Below are positions 19,057 to 29,027 of a stretch of 64,000 nt of DNA, one piece after another (the stretch's first letter is position 1; each line of letters starts with the position of its first letter). The position numbers were made by a program, and so were the translations under genes. The stretch lies in contig CAXWPL010000001.1 of assembly GCA_963666215.2 (NCBI GenBank), positions 384,001 to 448,000 on the forward strand, given 5' to 3'. The notes below the pieces were generated by a model. That model did not search any database and was not told the DNA's origin. It was given only the letters and a program-made list of their open reading frames with translations. The DNA comes from Acidobacteriota bacterium. GTDB taxonomy: Bacteria > Acidobacteriota > UBA890 > WLXD01.

Positions 19057-20388
19057 ATGAGCAGGCGACTCAGACCGTCGGCCGCTTTTCTCCTTGCAGC
19101 ATCGCTGATGGTCGGCGCGCAACCGGCCGCTGGTCAGTGGACGCCGCTGAAGCGCGGCAGCGACAACATCGAAGTAGTGTCGCACATCCCGCTCGGACCG
19201 CGACTGAGCGTTGCCGACATCGAGCTCGAGCAGGAGCTGTCGCGGCCCTACGTCTACGTCGCGCGCATGGTGTACGGCGAGGTGGGCGAGAAGGGCGTCG
19301 ACATCATCAGTATCGAGAACCCCGAGCGCCCGAAGGTCATCTACCGGTGGCGCATCGAGGATCAAGATCTGCACGTCGGCAGTGGTGGCATGGACGTGAA
19401 GTATTTCGTGTGGAACAACCGCTACTACGTTGTTCAGTCGCTGCAGTTCAACCAGGGCGGGCCGAACACCGATCTCGGCGCCGTTGTGCTCGACGTCACC
19501 GGACTGCCCGACCCCGCCGCGGTGCGCGAGGTGGCCCGCATTCGCGCGCCTGAACAGCCGCGCGGCTTCCACAAGATCTTCATCTACAAGCACTCGAACG
19601 GCCGGGTGCTGCTGTTTGCCACTACCGAGGACTCCGCGGTGAACGTCTACGACCTGGGCCATGTGGTCGACGGCGCGATGGACAACGCGCTCGTCGCGAG
19701 GGTCCCCGCCGGCCCCTCGGCCGGCGCCTTCTCCAGCTACCACCACATGTACGTCGGCTACCACGTTGACAGCCAACAAGACCGCTTCTACGGGGCGGGC
19801 TCCGGCGGCTACTACGTCTACGACGTCACCGACCTCGAGGCGCCGTCGTTGCTGGTGTCGCTGGTGGGAATCGAGGGCGTGAAGAGCGGACACACCTTTA
19901 CGCCAACCCCCGATGGTCGTTACGTCGTCGCCGAGAGCGAGTACCGCTACGCACCGCTACGCATCTTCGACCTCAAGCCGGGGCTCGACGGCGAGGTCTC
20001 GAATGTCTCCGTGCCGATCGCGGCCTGGACCGCCGACTGGAACTACCTCGTCCACAACCACGAGATCCGCTGGCCGTTCGTCTTCGTCTCGGGCTACATG
20101 GACGGGCTGCAGATCTTCAGCCTCATGGACCCGTTCAACCCCGTCACGGTGGGCTACTACGACACCTACGTCGGCCCGATCAACCACGAGCCCGACGTCT
20201 ACCCCACCGACAACGGCGCCTTCGGCGTAGACGTCCGCAATGCCGACGGCCTCATCGTCGTCAGCGACATGACCACCGGTTTCTGGGCCTTCCGCATGGA
20301 AGCGTTCCAGGGCTGGAACGGCGACGACTGGGGAGTTCCCGACGTCTCGAGCTCGCAGAACTGGACCGACGGTCCGCAGCAGAGATGA
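19057..20388 (+). CDS. Secreted LVIVD-repeat beta-propeller protein
   Basis: Signal peptide; NIEVVSHIPL, YVYDVTD, HTFTPTPDG, HNHEIRW, GAFGVDVR, SDMTTGFW. Confidence 0.75.
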   Translation: MSRRLRPSAAFLLAASLMVGAQPAAGQWTPLKRGSDNIEVVSHIPLGPRLSVADIELEQELSRPYVYVARMVYGEVGEKGVDIISIENPERPKVIYRWRIEDQDLHVGSGGMDVKYFVWNNRYYVVQSLQFNQGGPNTDLGAVVLDVTGLPDPAAVREVARIRAPEQPRGFHKIFIYKHSNGRVLLFATTEDSAVNVYDLGHVVDGAMDNALVARVPAGPSAGAFSSYHHMYVGYHVDSQQDRFYGAGSGGYYVYDVTDLEAPSLLVSLVGIEGVKSGHTFTPTPDGRYVVAESEYRYAPLRIFDLKPGLDGEVSNVSVPIAAWTADWNYLVHNHEIRWPFVFVSGYMDGLQIFSLMDPFNPVTVGYYDTYVGPINHEPDVYPTDNGAFGVDVRNADGLIVVSDMTTGFWAFRMEAFQGWNGDDWGVPDVSSSQNWTDGPQQR

Positions 20389-20528
20389 GCGCCCCGAAGG
20401 CGAGACCGGGCCGGCCGAGCCGCTCTCGAGCCAGAGTTGCGTGCCGTTCGAGCGTGCGGAGTCGGGCGGCGATACCCAATAGCATAGGGCCAGTTCGCCG
20501 CAGCGCTCGTGGGCGGGAGTAGACCGAT

Positions 20529-21833
20529 TTGGCCGGACTGGCGGGTCATAGAACGCTGATCGCGACGGCGGGCATCATCGCGGCCGCCGCCGGCTTTTTG
20601 GCGCTGCTCGAGAGTGTCACCTACACCACTGGCCCTGCCACGCTCGGTGTCATGGTCACCAGCCTCGTTGTGGTCGCCCTGGCCTGGCAATCACGCCGCA
20701 TGATTGCCGGGCCCCGCGGCGAGTGCATCGGAAACCTGTGGCTGGCGGCGGTGTCGGGAATCAGCTTCTTCGTGGTGTTCGACCTCGTCGCGGGCGCTCT
20801 TCTTCTGCCGCGGCTCCCGCCCAAGGGCCTCGCCGATCCTGTCATCCACCACCGGCTCATTCCGAGCTCAGTCTCGGAGTATCGCGACCCCGAGTTCAGC
20901 TACGACCAGCATGTGAACTCGCTTGGCCTGCGTGGCCCCGAAGTATCCCGCGCCAAGCCAGCCGGGGATTACCGCATTCTTGTGCTCGGTGATTCCTTCG
21001 CCCTGGGGGTTGGCGTCGCCGACGACGAATCCTTCGCGGCGTTACTCCCAACTCGATTGCGAGCTGTGGACGGTCGTCGCGTACAGGTTCTGAACGCCGG
21101 TGTCAGCAGCTACGCGCCGATTCTTTCTTATCTGCAGCTCACCACAGAGCTCGGCGATCTCGGAGCCGACCTGGTTGTGCTGGCCTTGGACGTGAGCGAT
21201 TTGTTGCAGGAGCACGTATATCGCCAGGTCGCGAGCTTCGACAGCCAAGGGCTGCCGGTCAGCGTGGCAGCGCCGACGGCGCCGGGGAAACCTTCCTTGC
21301 GGATTCGCGAGTGGCTGTTCGAACACACGTATCTCACCAGGCTAGGGCTGTTTCTCCAGCGTCGAGCAATGGAATCGGACCGCCTCACCGTCGAGGAGGC
21401 GGTGACGATGACCAACCCGGAGTTGCTGGCGCACACTCTTGCCAACGACGCCACGGATCGCACGCAGCAATGGGACGCCGTGTTCGCGAGCATCGACGCA
21501 CTGCGTAACGCCGCGGTCCGAATCGGGGCCGACTTCGTGATGACGGTGCATCCGTGGGGCCATCAGGTGGACGATCAGGAGTGGATACCGGGCCGCTGGA
21601 AGTTCATTCCCCGCGATGCGGAGGTATCGGATCGAAGCCTCGAAACCATTCGCGCCCGCGCCGCCACGCTGAACATCAACCTGGTCGACACCGTGCCAGC
21701 GTTCCGCGAGTACTCCGGCGACGAGCAGCTCTATTTCAGCCTCGACATGCACTTCACGACGACGGGACATCGACTGTTCGCCGACGTTCTGGCCAATCAC
21801 CTGGCGACTCGCTCCGACCTCGCGCTTCAGTAG
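20529..21833 (+). CDS. Membrane-anchored SGNH/GDSL hydrolase
   Basis: N-terminal TM helices; NSLGLRG, RILVLGDSFALG, LNAGVSSY, DMHFTTTGH. Confidence 0.88.
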   Translation: MAGLAGHRTLIATAGIIAAAAGFLALLESVTYTTGPATLGVMVTSLVVVALAWQSRRMIAGPRGECIGNLWLAAVSGISFFVVFDLVAGALLLPRLPPKGLADPVIHHRLIPSSVSEYRDPEFSYDQHVNSLGLRGPEVSRAKPAGDYRILVLGDSFALGVGVADDESFAALLPTRLRAVDGRRVQVLNAGVSSYAPILSYLQLTTELGDLGADLVVLALDVSDLLQEHVYRQVASFDSQGLPVSVAAPTAPGKPSLRIREWLFEHTYLTRLGLFLQRRAMESDRLTVEEAVTMTNPELLAHTLANDATDRTQQWDAVFASIDALRNAAVRIGADFVMTVHPWGHQVDDQEWIPGRWKFIPRDAEVSDRSLETIRARAATLNINLVDTVPAFREYSGDEQLYFSLDMHFTTTGHRLFADVLANHLATRSDLALQ

Positions 21834-21891
21834 CCTGGAGCGGGTTGTCGCCGCGGCCGGCGGCTCGCTGTTCGACCAGGAACCGATCGAC

Positions 21892-24442
21892 TCAGCGACC
21901 GGCCGCCTGTCGGGTCACCCGCCGCAACCGTTCGGCAAGGGTCGCCAGCAGTGGCCCGGACACCCGCGCCCGGTGCAGCAAGCGTCGGCGGAACGATTGG
22001 CCGGAGATCCGCAGCACGCGGATTGGGCCGCCTTTCGGATAAACGCTGGCGCTGCGGGTGCTGTCGTCGAGCACCGCGAGCTCGCCAATGACCTCGCCCG
22101 GGCCGAGCACCGCGACCTCTCGCTCGGTATCGCCGGCGTCGTCTCTTGGCGCGGATCGCAGCCGCACCGAGACCTGGCCTTCCAGGAGAACGAAGACGTC
22201 GGAGTCGTTATCGCCCTCGCGACACACGATCGCGTCGCCGCCGAACATCTCTTCCGCGGTAAGAGAGCCGAGCTCGTGCAGGTCCTCGGGGTCGAGCTCG
22301 GCGAACAGGGGCACCAGCCGCAGGTACTGCATCCGCCTCGATCGTCGACAGACCGGAGAGGCCACCTTCCAGCGTGGCAATCGGGGCGCCACCGTCAGTG
22401 GGTCGACCCGCCCGGCGTCCGGCGTGATCAGCGGTCTCGCGCACCAGCTCGGAGCTGTCCTCGGCAGCCCGATCGAGGAGTGGTCGAGCCCGCTCACCAA
22501 GCACGTTCCCGGCCGCCCACACGGCGGCGGCGCGCTGATAGGGGTCGGCGCCGACGGCCAGGCGTTCCAGCTGCTGGACGGCGATCTCGATGTCGGCAAC
22601 CTCGCCCGCGAGGCCGGTCGGGGCCTCGAGGAGAGGTTCGAGCTCGCTGGCGAACGCGGCAATCTCGGGACTCTGGGCCACGAGCCACTGCAGCCCGTCG
22701 CGCCTGGCTTCCCCGTCGTCGAGGTCGAGCTCAGTTCGCGGGGCCGGGATGTCCACCTCCTTGCCGGCGACCTCGAGGAGCTCGAGGACGCGCGCCACCG
22801 CGCCGTCACGCGCGCGCAACAACAGCGACGCGAGAAAGTCCACAGCGTCGTCGGGCGTCACGTGGGTCCGAAGAGTCACCAGGTCCGCTTGGATCTCTCT
22901 GGCCCGAGCAAGCTGTGCGTTGGCGCGCGTCAGCAGGCCCCCTGCCCGACCTCGGATGCCGGTCATCAGCGCCTTGTGGGCGTCGTCATCCACGCCGAAC
23001 TCCCGCCGCAGCGCGTCGATCTCGTCGGCTGGGGCGTGGCGCAGCAGTGCCTCGGTGAGCGCCACCTCGTAGCCCCGCAGCTGGGCGCGCTCCTCGATGC
23101 CGCGGCCGCTCTCGCGGGAGAACAGCTCGCGCTCCTCGGCACTCAAACGCTCGAGCATGCGCTCATGCTCGCGTTCGCCGATGCCGAGCTACTGGCGAAC
23201 CCCCTCGAGCAAACGCAACTCTCCAGCGGTAACGAGTCCGTCGGCGATCATCTCGCGAACGGTGCTTTCATAGGCCGCCAGGTGCTGGTCGCGAGCGTGC
23301 TCGCCGGCCTTGATCCAGGCGTAGACCTCGCGCGGGTCTTCCGGTGGTGGCTTGTCGAACGGCCAGTTGCGCAGGAGTCGGGTGGCGCCGCGCTCGCCGA
23401 TGAAGTGCTCACGCGTGCGTCGCCAGCGCTTCGCCAGAACGATCGTGGCCAGCGCCGGCGCCAAGAACGCCACGATGCGGGCACCGCCGGAGATCCGCCG
23501 CAGGCTCGGGGCGCCGGCGAAGAAATAGAACGAGCTGAAGGCCGCGAACGCCGCGAGCGCGAGCATCACGTGCCTGCGGCGCTCGAGCTGCGGCAGCCGC
23601 CGCGATACCAGCTTCTCGAGCACACAAAACGCGCCGTAGCTGACCGCCGAGAACACGAGCAGGGTCAGCGGCGCCGCCAACAGCGCCGGCACCCGGGGAG
23701 CGAAGAAGAACCCGGCACCCGTCACGAGATCGGCGTCCACGGGGGCGAGCGTCCAGCGTCCAGCGAAGTACGCTTCCCAGTCGCCGGCTCGCAGCCAATA
23801 GTAGGTGTAGAAAGCGAGAACCAAGCCGGGAAAGCTGTAGGTGGCAATGCGGCGCTGGCGACTGGTGAGGTCGCGCCAGAAGGCGTTCTCCTGATCGATG
23901 TCGGGGCAGTTCTTCTTGCAGGCCGAACAGCGCACACACTGCGAGTTACCCGCGGCCCGCAGCGAGTTCGGCTCGGTATAGATGCGCTCGACCACGCCCA
24001 CAGGGCAAAAGAAATTGCACCAGGTCTTGCCCGTAAACCAAAGGTTCACCAACGCCGCCGACAGAGCCAGCCCGACAAGCCAGCCCGATAGCCACACCGC
24101 GTCGCCGTTCGTCGCCAGCAACCGGAAGGCCAACCCCGCCAGAAGGACACCGAACATCACCACGAAGAACGAGCGCTCGAGAACCTCGGGAACGCGACGT
24201 TGTGTGCCGCGATTCAAGGCCCGCCCGATGTCGCCGAACCAAGCGAGCGGGCAGACCTGCCGCCAGTTGGCGTATCCCATCAGAACGACCGCCACCGGCA
24301 ACAGGGGCAACAAGATCGTCCAGAACAGCCGCGGCTGCCAGGGCGCCAGGAATCCGAGGACGACCACGCCCACGTATCCCACAACGAGCACGGCTCGGGC
24401 CGCGTGTTGTCCTCGGGTCGGCCCTACCACGGGAGCGGCCAA
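21892..24442 (-). pseudogene. Interrupted membrane 4Fe-4S (NapH/FixG-like) + helical/HEAT + cNMP-binding protein
   Basis: Three ORF pieces join into one roughly 850 aa frame. In-frame TAG at 23189-23191 (VRQ*LGIGEREHERMLE) and one extra base near 22336 (LSTIE/RMQYLRLVPLF). Motifs VCP, WCNFFCP, CVRCSACKKNCP and GEVIGELAVLD...RSASV. Confidence 0.8.
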
Positions 24443-24474
24443 GCGCCTTCAGCCTCGTGGCCGGTGGTGCGGCA

Positions 24475-25175
24475 TCATCGGCGCGGTACGAACGTCCGCA
24501 GGCTGCGCAGAAACTTCACCAGTGACTCCTGCTCGGCCGCCGGTAGCGCCACGTACGCGTCGCGTGACTCCTGCGCCTCGCTACGGCCGGCCTCGCCGCC
24601 GGCGGGCGGTTCGTCCTCGCCGTGCAGCAGGACCGCCTCTTCGAGGCTTCCGGCGCGACCGTCGTGCAACCACGGGCCCGTGTTACCGACCCCCCAGAGC
24701 TCCGGTGTCAGGAATGTATCGGGGGCAACGACGATGGGCTCGCCGTTGTGCTCAACCGGCGCCGTCGGCCCACCACGATCGGCGAGATGGCGCCCCATCG
24801 CGTGGCGCTTCAGGTCGCCGTAGAGCCGGACAGTCGCACCACCCCCGGAGTCTCCCTGGAGGCGAGGCTCATCGCCGGCCTCGAGCACGTCGAATCGCGC
24901 CGGCCGCTCGGGATCGTAGCCAATGCCCGCCGCGGCAAGCCGAGTGTTGTAGTAGTTGCCGTTGCCGCGCAGCGTCGGCTCCTCGAAGACGGTGTTGTTG
25001 AGCCGCATCTCCGGAACATGGCACGAGGCGCAGCCAATGCTCTCGAATGTAGCTCGACCCTGTTCGATCGCAGCGGCGTCTGCCGCGGCGATCGGCGCCA
25101 CGTAGCCCCTCTCTACCAGCGCCGACAGCTCCTGCGGGGTTTCCTGGCCGGCGTTGTAGATCACCAGCGCCGTGC
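24475..25175 (-). pseudogene. C-terminal fragment of di-heme oxidoreductase (DHOR) family protein
   Basis: GRATFESIGCASCHVP, LYGDLKRHAMG, FLTPELWGVGNTGPWLHDGRAGSLEEAVLLHG, FLRSL. No N-terminal half. Confidence 0.8.
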
Positions 25176-25334
25176 CAGCGCCGTGCGGCGGCACAGGTCG
25201 GTCGCTCAGGAGCCGTTTCTCGAGCGCGTCGAGCGCGGTTTCAGCGCGCCATCGTTCGCTGCGTCGGGCCAGCCATAAGGAGCGCATTGCGCGAGCCAGC
25301 AGCAGTCTGAGGCCGAGGAATATGCAGCACAAGC

Positions 25335-26155
25335 GGGTCGTCGTAGGCACTGTCCTGGAAAGGCAGGCCGAGGTTGTTCCACGGCGCGTCCTCCAGCGCA
25401 CGGTGCGAGGCTCGCAGGACCCCTCGGTGATGTAGTGCGAAGTGCCGTCGGAATCGACCTCTTCGAGCAGAACGTGCAGATCCACGTCGCCGGTCGAGGA
25501 GTCGACCCACAGCGTCGCCACCGGGTGGCCGGTCACCGTGGTGTCGGTCGCCAGCGGCTCGCTGGTGTACGTCAGCGCCAGGAGATCGTTGTCTCGTAGG
25601 AGCCCCCCCACATGCCGATGTTGCCGTCGCTCCAGCTCTGCCGCGTGATCCACTCCATCACGTCGTAGGCGTCGCGAGTCTCCGAAGGTGAAAAGAGGCC
25701 CTCGTAGCGACCGTACGACGCGCCACTGCCGCGAACACCAACCCCACTAAGACGTAGCCGTGCCGCAACAGGCGCTGCAGCGTTGGCGATACGTCGACAA
25801 AGCTGATCGTCGGGACAACTCCGCCGTCGCTGTCGGCCGCCGCCGCCGCCATGGCCGCTGGCGTTCGGTGATATCGGGAATGTGTCCAGATCACCGGAAG
25901 CGGCTCGTCGGTAGGTGCCCCCGCCATCGTCGGACGCACGATGTCGACGGCCAGCTTCGTGCCGTCGCGCACCTCCAAGTACTGCGAGCTCCGCACCCAG
26001 CCGTCGAAACGCTCCTCGGAGTAACCCTCGTAGACACCGAACTCCGAGACCCGCCCGTCGGAAACCTCGGGAACTTCAGACTCGCCAACACCACCGCAAG
26101 CCGCTCCCATCGAGAGCAAGGGCGACAGCCCGCATGTCTGGATTCGTTTTCTCAT
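25335..26155 (-). pseudogene. CocE/NonD family hydrolase pseudogene (frameshifts and large internal deletion)
   Basis: RBS GAGGAGGAG and ATG 26155; VRDGTKLAVDI; frameshift near 25745 into VRGSGASYG...DAYDVMEWITRQSWSDGNIGMWGGSY; then jumps to C-terminal LTYTSEPL...VTGHP...YITEG. Confidence 0.85.
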
Positions 26156-26233
26156 CTCCTCCTCTCCGTGCGGGCAACCCGTTGTCGACGCGCCCTTGGC
26201 CGCCACAGCGACGCCGTCGCTGTTCGCCGCCGG

Positions 26234-28891
26234 CTAACGCAGCATGGTGTTGAACAGCAGCTTGAAGGTGCCGTGGGTCTGGCTACGATGCTGCGTACGG
26301 AAGCCAATCAGCACCGCCTGGCCGTCACCGTGCTGGGCGACCACCATCCCCGCCCTCTTGGCGATGTGCTGCTCGCCCACCAACCAGCCGCTCTGCATGA
26401 TGTCGCGATCGGCGTAGCGCACGACGGTAGCGTAGTCGTCGTTGTCCATCGACGGGGTGATTGCGAAGGCCGGGCCGCTCCAGAAGAGCACCACTCCCTC
26501 GTCGGGCATGCCGTACCCGAGCGGGTGCGTGTTGTCGAAGCTGACCCGCAGTGTCGATCCTGGAGCGAAGAAATCGCGAGACGCGACATCCTGGAGCACG
26601 TTGCGCACGTTCAGACCGAGCTTCTCGATGGCGAATGCCGTTGCGCCCCCCAGCGCCACCAGCGTTCCACCCTCGTCGACGAACGCCTTGATGGCCTCGA
26701 CGCCCTCCTCGCCGATGCCGCTGCGGTACTCGGGAGGGGTCCCGCTCTGGTCACGCGGCGCGCCGAACGGACGCGGCGGCCCTGGGGGTGACTCGCCGGT
26801 GATCATGTCGGTGGAGTCTTGCGGAAAGATGATGACGTCGTAGCTGGCTTTCAGGTTGCCGGCTTTGATCTCGGCATCCATCAGCGAGGTGTACGGAAAG
26901 CCGAACTGCTCGAGCGTGAAGCGCGTCCAGCCCTCGTCCATGTTGCCGCCGCGGTAGCGCTGGTACATGCCCACGCGCATCCGGGTTACGTCGTGAAGAG
27001 TGGTCGCGTCCGCGGGGCTCGCGGCTAGCGACTCGAAGTCGACGCCCGTGCTGCGCGCCACATCGCGGAGAGCAGCTGCTGCACCGGCACCGACGATGAA
27101 GTCGCCAGGCCGCAAACCGGCGGTGTCGTCGGCTCGATCGGCGCGGCGAACATCGATTCCCGCGTCCAGCAGCTTGTTCACCGCGGTGAAGGCCGCGTTC
27201 TGGCGACCGTCGAGCCTGAAGTCGGACCCACCCGACGCCACGCTGCCCGTCATGGCAACCGGCGCCGCCAGCGTCGCGAAGCTGCCAGGAACAACTCCCT
27301 CTGGCACGTCAACTGGATCGACGCGCACTCCCATGAACTCGGCCATCGTGTGGGTTGACGAGTCGTACGGTCGCAGCGGTGAGCCGTCGCGGGCGCGCGT
27401 CCACTCGTTGTCCGGGTAGAACGTGCGCCCCAAGAGATTGAGGATGAGGCCTGTCTTCGGCTGCGCCATCGAGACCACGTAGGAGCCTGCGCCGTACATC
27501 ATCCCGTCAACACTGAAAGCCTCACGCGCTTCCTGAATCTGCACATCGGACATCAACAGCGTGTTGATCATCTTCGTCGCCGTCAGCCCGTCATGCTGGT
27601 TGGCCGGAACAATGTAGGCGTTCGGCGAAGCCATGGCGCCGCGCTCGGTCTGCCGCGTGGCCTTGAGGTACGCGTTGCGCAGCACCGTCTCGCGGTTGCG
27701 TGCGGCCATATCCTGCAGCGCCCAGGCGGCGACCTTCTGCTGGGCAACGATGTCGCTGACACGCCACCATCCGCCCGGCCACGGGTTGGGCATGTTCGAC
27801 TGCGCCTCGTAGGTCGGCAGGCCGAGCGCGCCACCGCTGAGCTGATCGGGGTGGATGAACAAGGGAGTTGCCAGCGTCGCGCTCGCCGCCTCGGTGAGCA
27901 TGCCCGTGATGTTGTGGAACGGGGTGATCCAGTGCCAGCCGAAGTGCCCCCAACCGGGATACTGCGCGGCATTCAAAACACCGGCCATGCCGGCCTCTTC
28001 GAGCTTGTAGGCGATGTGTGCCCCGTACCAGGAAAGCTCGCGCCACTGCAGCGGATCGGCGCCGGGCCGCATCGGCTCGCTGTACGGCGGCACGAAGAAG
28101 CGCGCTCCGTAGCTGCCCATCTGATGGTGGTCGACGTAGGCTTGCGGCTTCCAGTCACGGTACAGAACCTTGGCCATGTGAACCGACTCGGCCATGTTCA
28201 GGAAGTCGCCATCGCGGTTGTTATCGTGCCCCACATACTTGTGGTAGAGGAATGGCAAACCAGCGCCTTCGTACTCCGTGCCCACGGTCTCGCGATACCA
28301 GTCGGTGATCATGATCTGGCCGTCTGGATTGATGCACGGCAGTAGCAGCAGCACGGTCTCGTCGAGAATGCGCAGCGCTTCCTCGTCGTTACGCGACGCC
28401 ATCTCGTAGGCGATCGCCGGCCCGGTTTGGGCTCCCGCCACCTCGCTCGAGTGCAGCCCGAGCGACTGCGCCACAACGGCCTTGCCCTCGCGGACCATCG
28501 CCTCGACCTGGCTGGGAGAAAGACCGCGTGGATCGGCGAGTCCGCGGCTGATCTCGGCCAGTCGATCGAGATTCGAGATGTTCTCGGGCGACGAGATCGT
28601 TACGAGCAGAAACGGATGGCCCTCAGTCGTGGGTCCCATGTTGGTGACCTGCACCCGGTCCGACTCCGACTCGAGCAGCTCGAAGTACTCGACCAACCGA
28701 TCCCAGCGCGCCAGCTGGCGATCGGCGCCGAGCTCGTGGCCGAAGAACTCCAGCGGCGTGGTGACGTTGTTCTGAGCGACGCGCCCTACCGCTGAGGGCT
28801 CGAACGACGCGCCGGCGATGCCGGTGGCGAGAAAGATCGTTACTACGAGCGCGACTGCGAGCGAGGTCAGGCGGTGCGACTTCACGGGCAA
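26234..28891 (-). CDS. M14 family zinc carboxypeptidase with C-terminal glutamine-amidotransferase-like domain
   Basis: LHSSE, NPDG, HDNNRD, DHHQMG, DEGWTR, GGTLVALG, FKLLFN. Confidence 0.9.
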   Translation of the reverse strand: MPVKSHRLTSLAVALVVTIFLATGIAGASFEPSAVGRVAQNNVTTPLEFFGHELGADRQLARWDRLVEYFELLESESDRVQVTNMGPTTEGHPFLLVTISSPENISNLDRLAEISRGLADPRGLSPSQVEAMVREGKAVVAQSLGLHSSEVAGAQTGPAIAYEMASRNDEEALRILDETVLLLLPCINPDGQIMITDWYRETVGTEYEGAGLPFLYHKYVGHDNNRDGDFLNMAESVHMAKVLYRDWKPQAYVDHHQMGSYGARFFVPPYSEPMRPGADPLQWRELSWYGAHIAYKLEEAGMAGVLNAAQYPGWGHFGWHWITPFHNITGMLTEAASATLATPLFIHPDQLSGGALGLPTYEAQSNMPNPWPGGWWRVSDIVAQQKVAAWALQDMAARNRETVLRNAYLKATRQTERGAMASPNAYIVPANQHDGLTATKMINTLLMSDVQIQEAREAFSVDGMMYGAGSYVVSMAQPKTGLILNLLGRTFYPDNEWTRARDGSPLRPYDSSTHTMAEFMGVRVDPVDVPEGVVPGSFATLAAPVAMTGSVASGGSDFRLDGRQNAAFTAVNKLLDAGIDVRRADRADDTAGLRPGDFIVGAGAAAALRDVARSTGVDFESLAASPADATTLHDVTRMRVGMYQRYRGGNMDEGWTRFTLEQFGFPYTSLMDAEIKAGNLKASYDVIIFPQDSTDMITGESPPGPPRPFGAPRDQSGTPPEYRSGIGEEGVEAIKAFVDEGGTLVALGGATAFAIEKLGLNVRNVLQDVASRDFFAPGSTLRVSFDNTHPLGYGMPDEGVVLFWSGPAFAITPSMDNDDYATVVRYADRDIMQSGWLVGEQHIAKRAGMVVAQHGDGQAVLIGFRTQHRSQTHGTFKLLFNTMLR

Positions 28892-29027
28892 CTCCAGGGT
28901 CGGATGATGGCAACGGCTCGTCTACTGCGGGCCGAGTCGTCGAGACTCTACCTGCGCTCGCGCTCGGCGTCGAAGTGCAAGAATTCCCGAGCACCTCCCG
29001 ACCCATCACTTCTGACCCTACTGACCC

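Noticed and set aside
23189-23191. In-frame TAG as pyrrolysine or programmed readthrough
   Set aside because: No pyl genes in the window, TAG is a normal stop in many genes here, and the same gene also has a frameshift.
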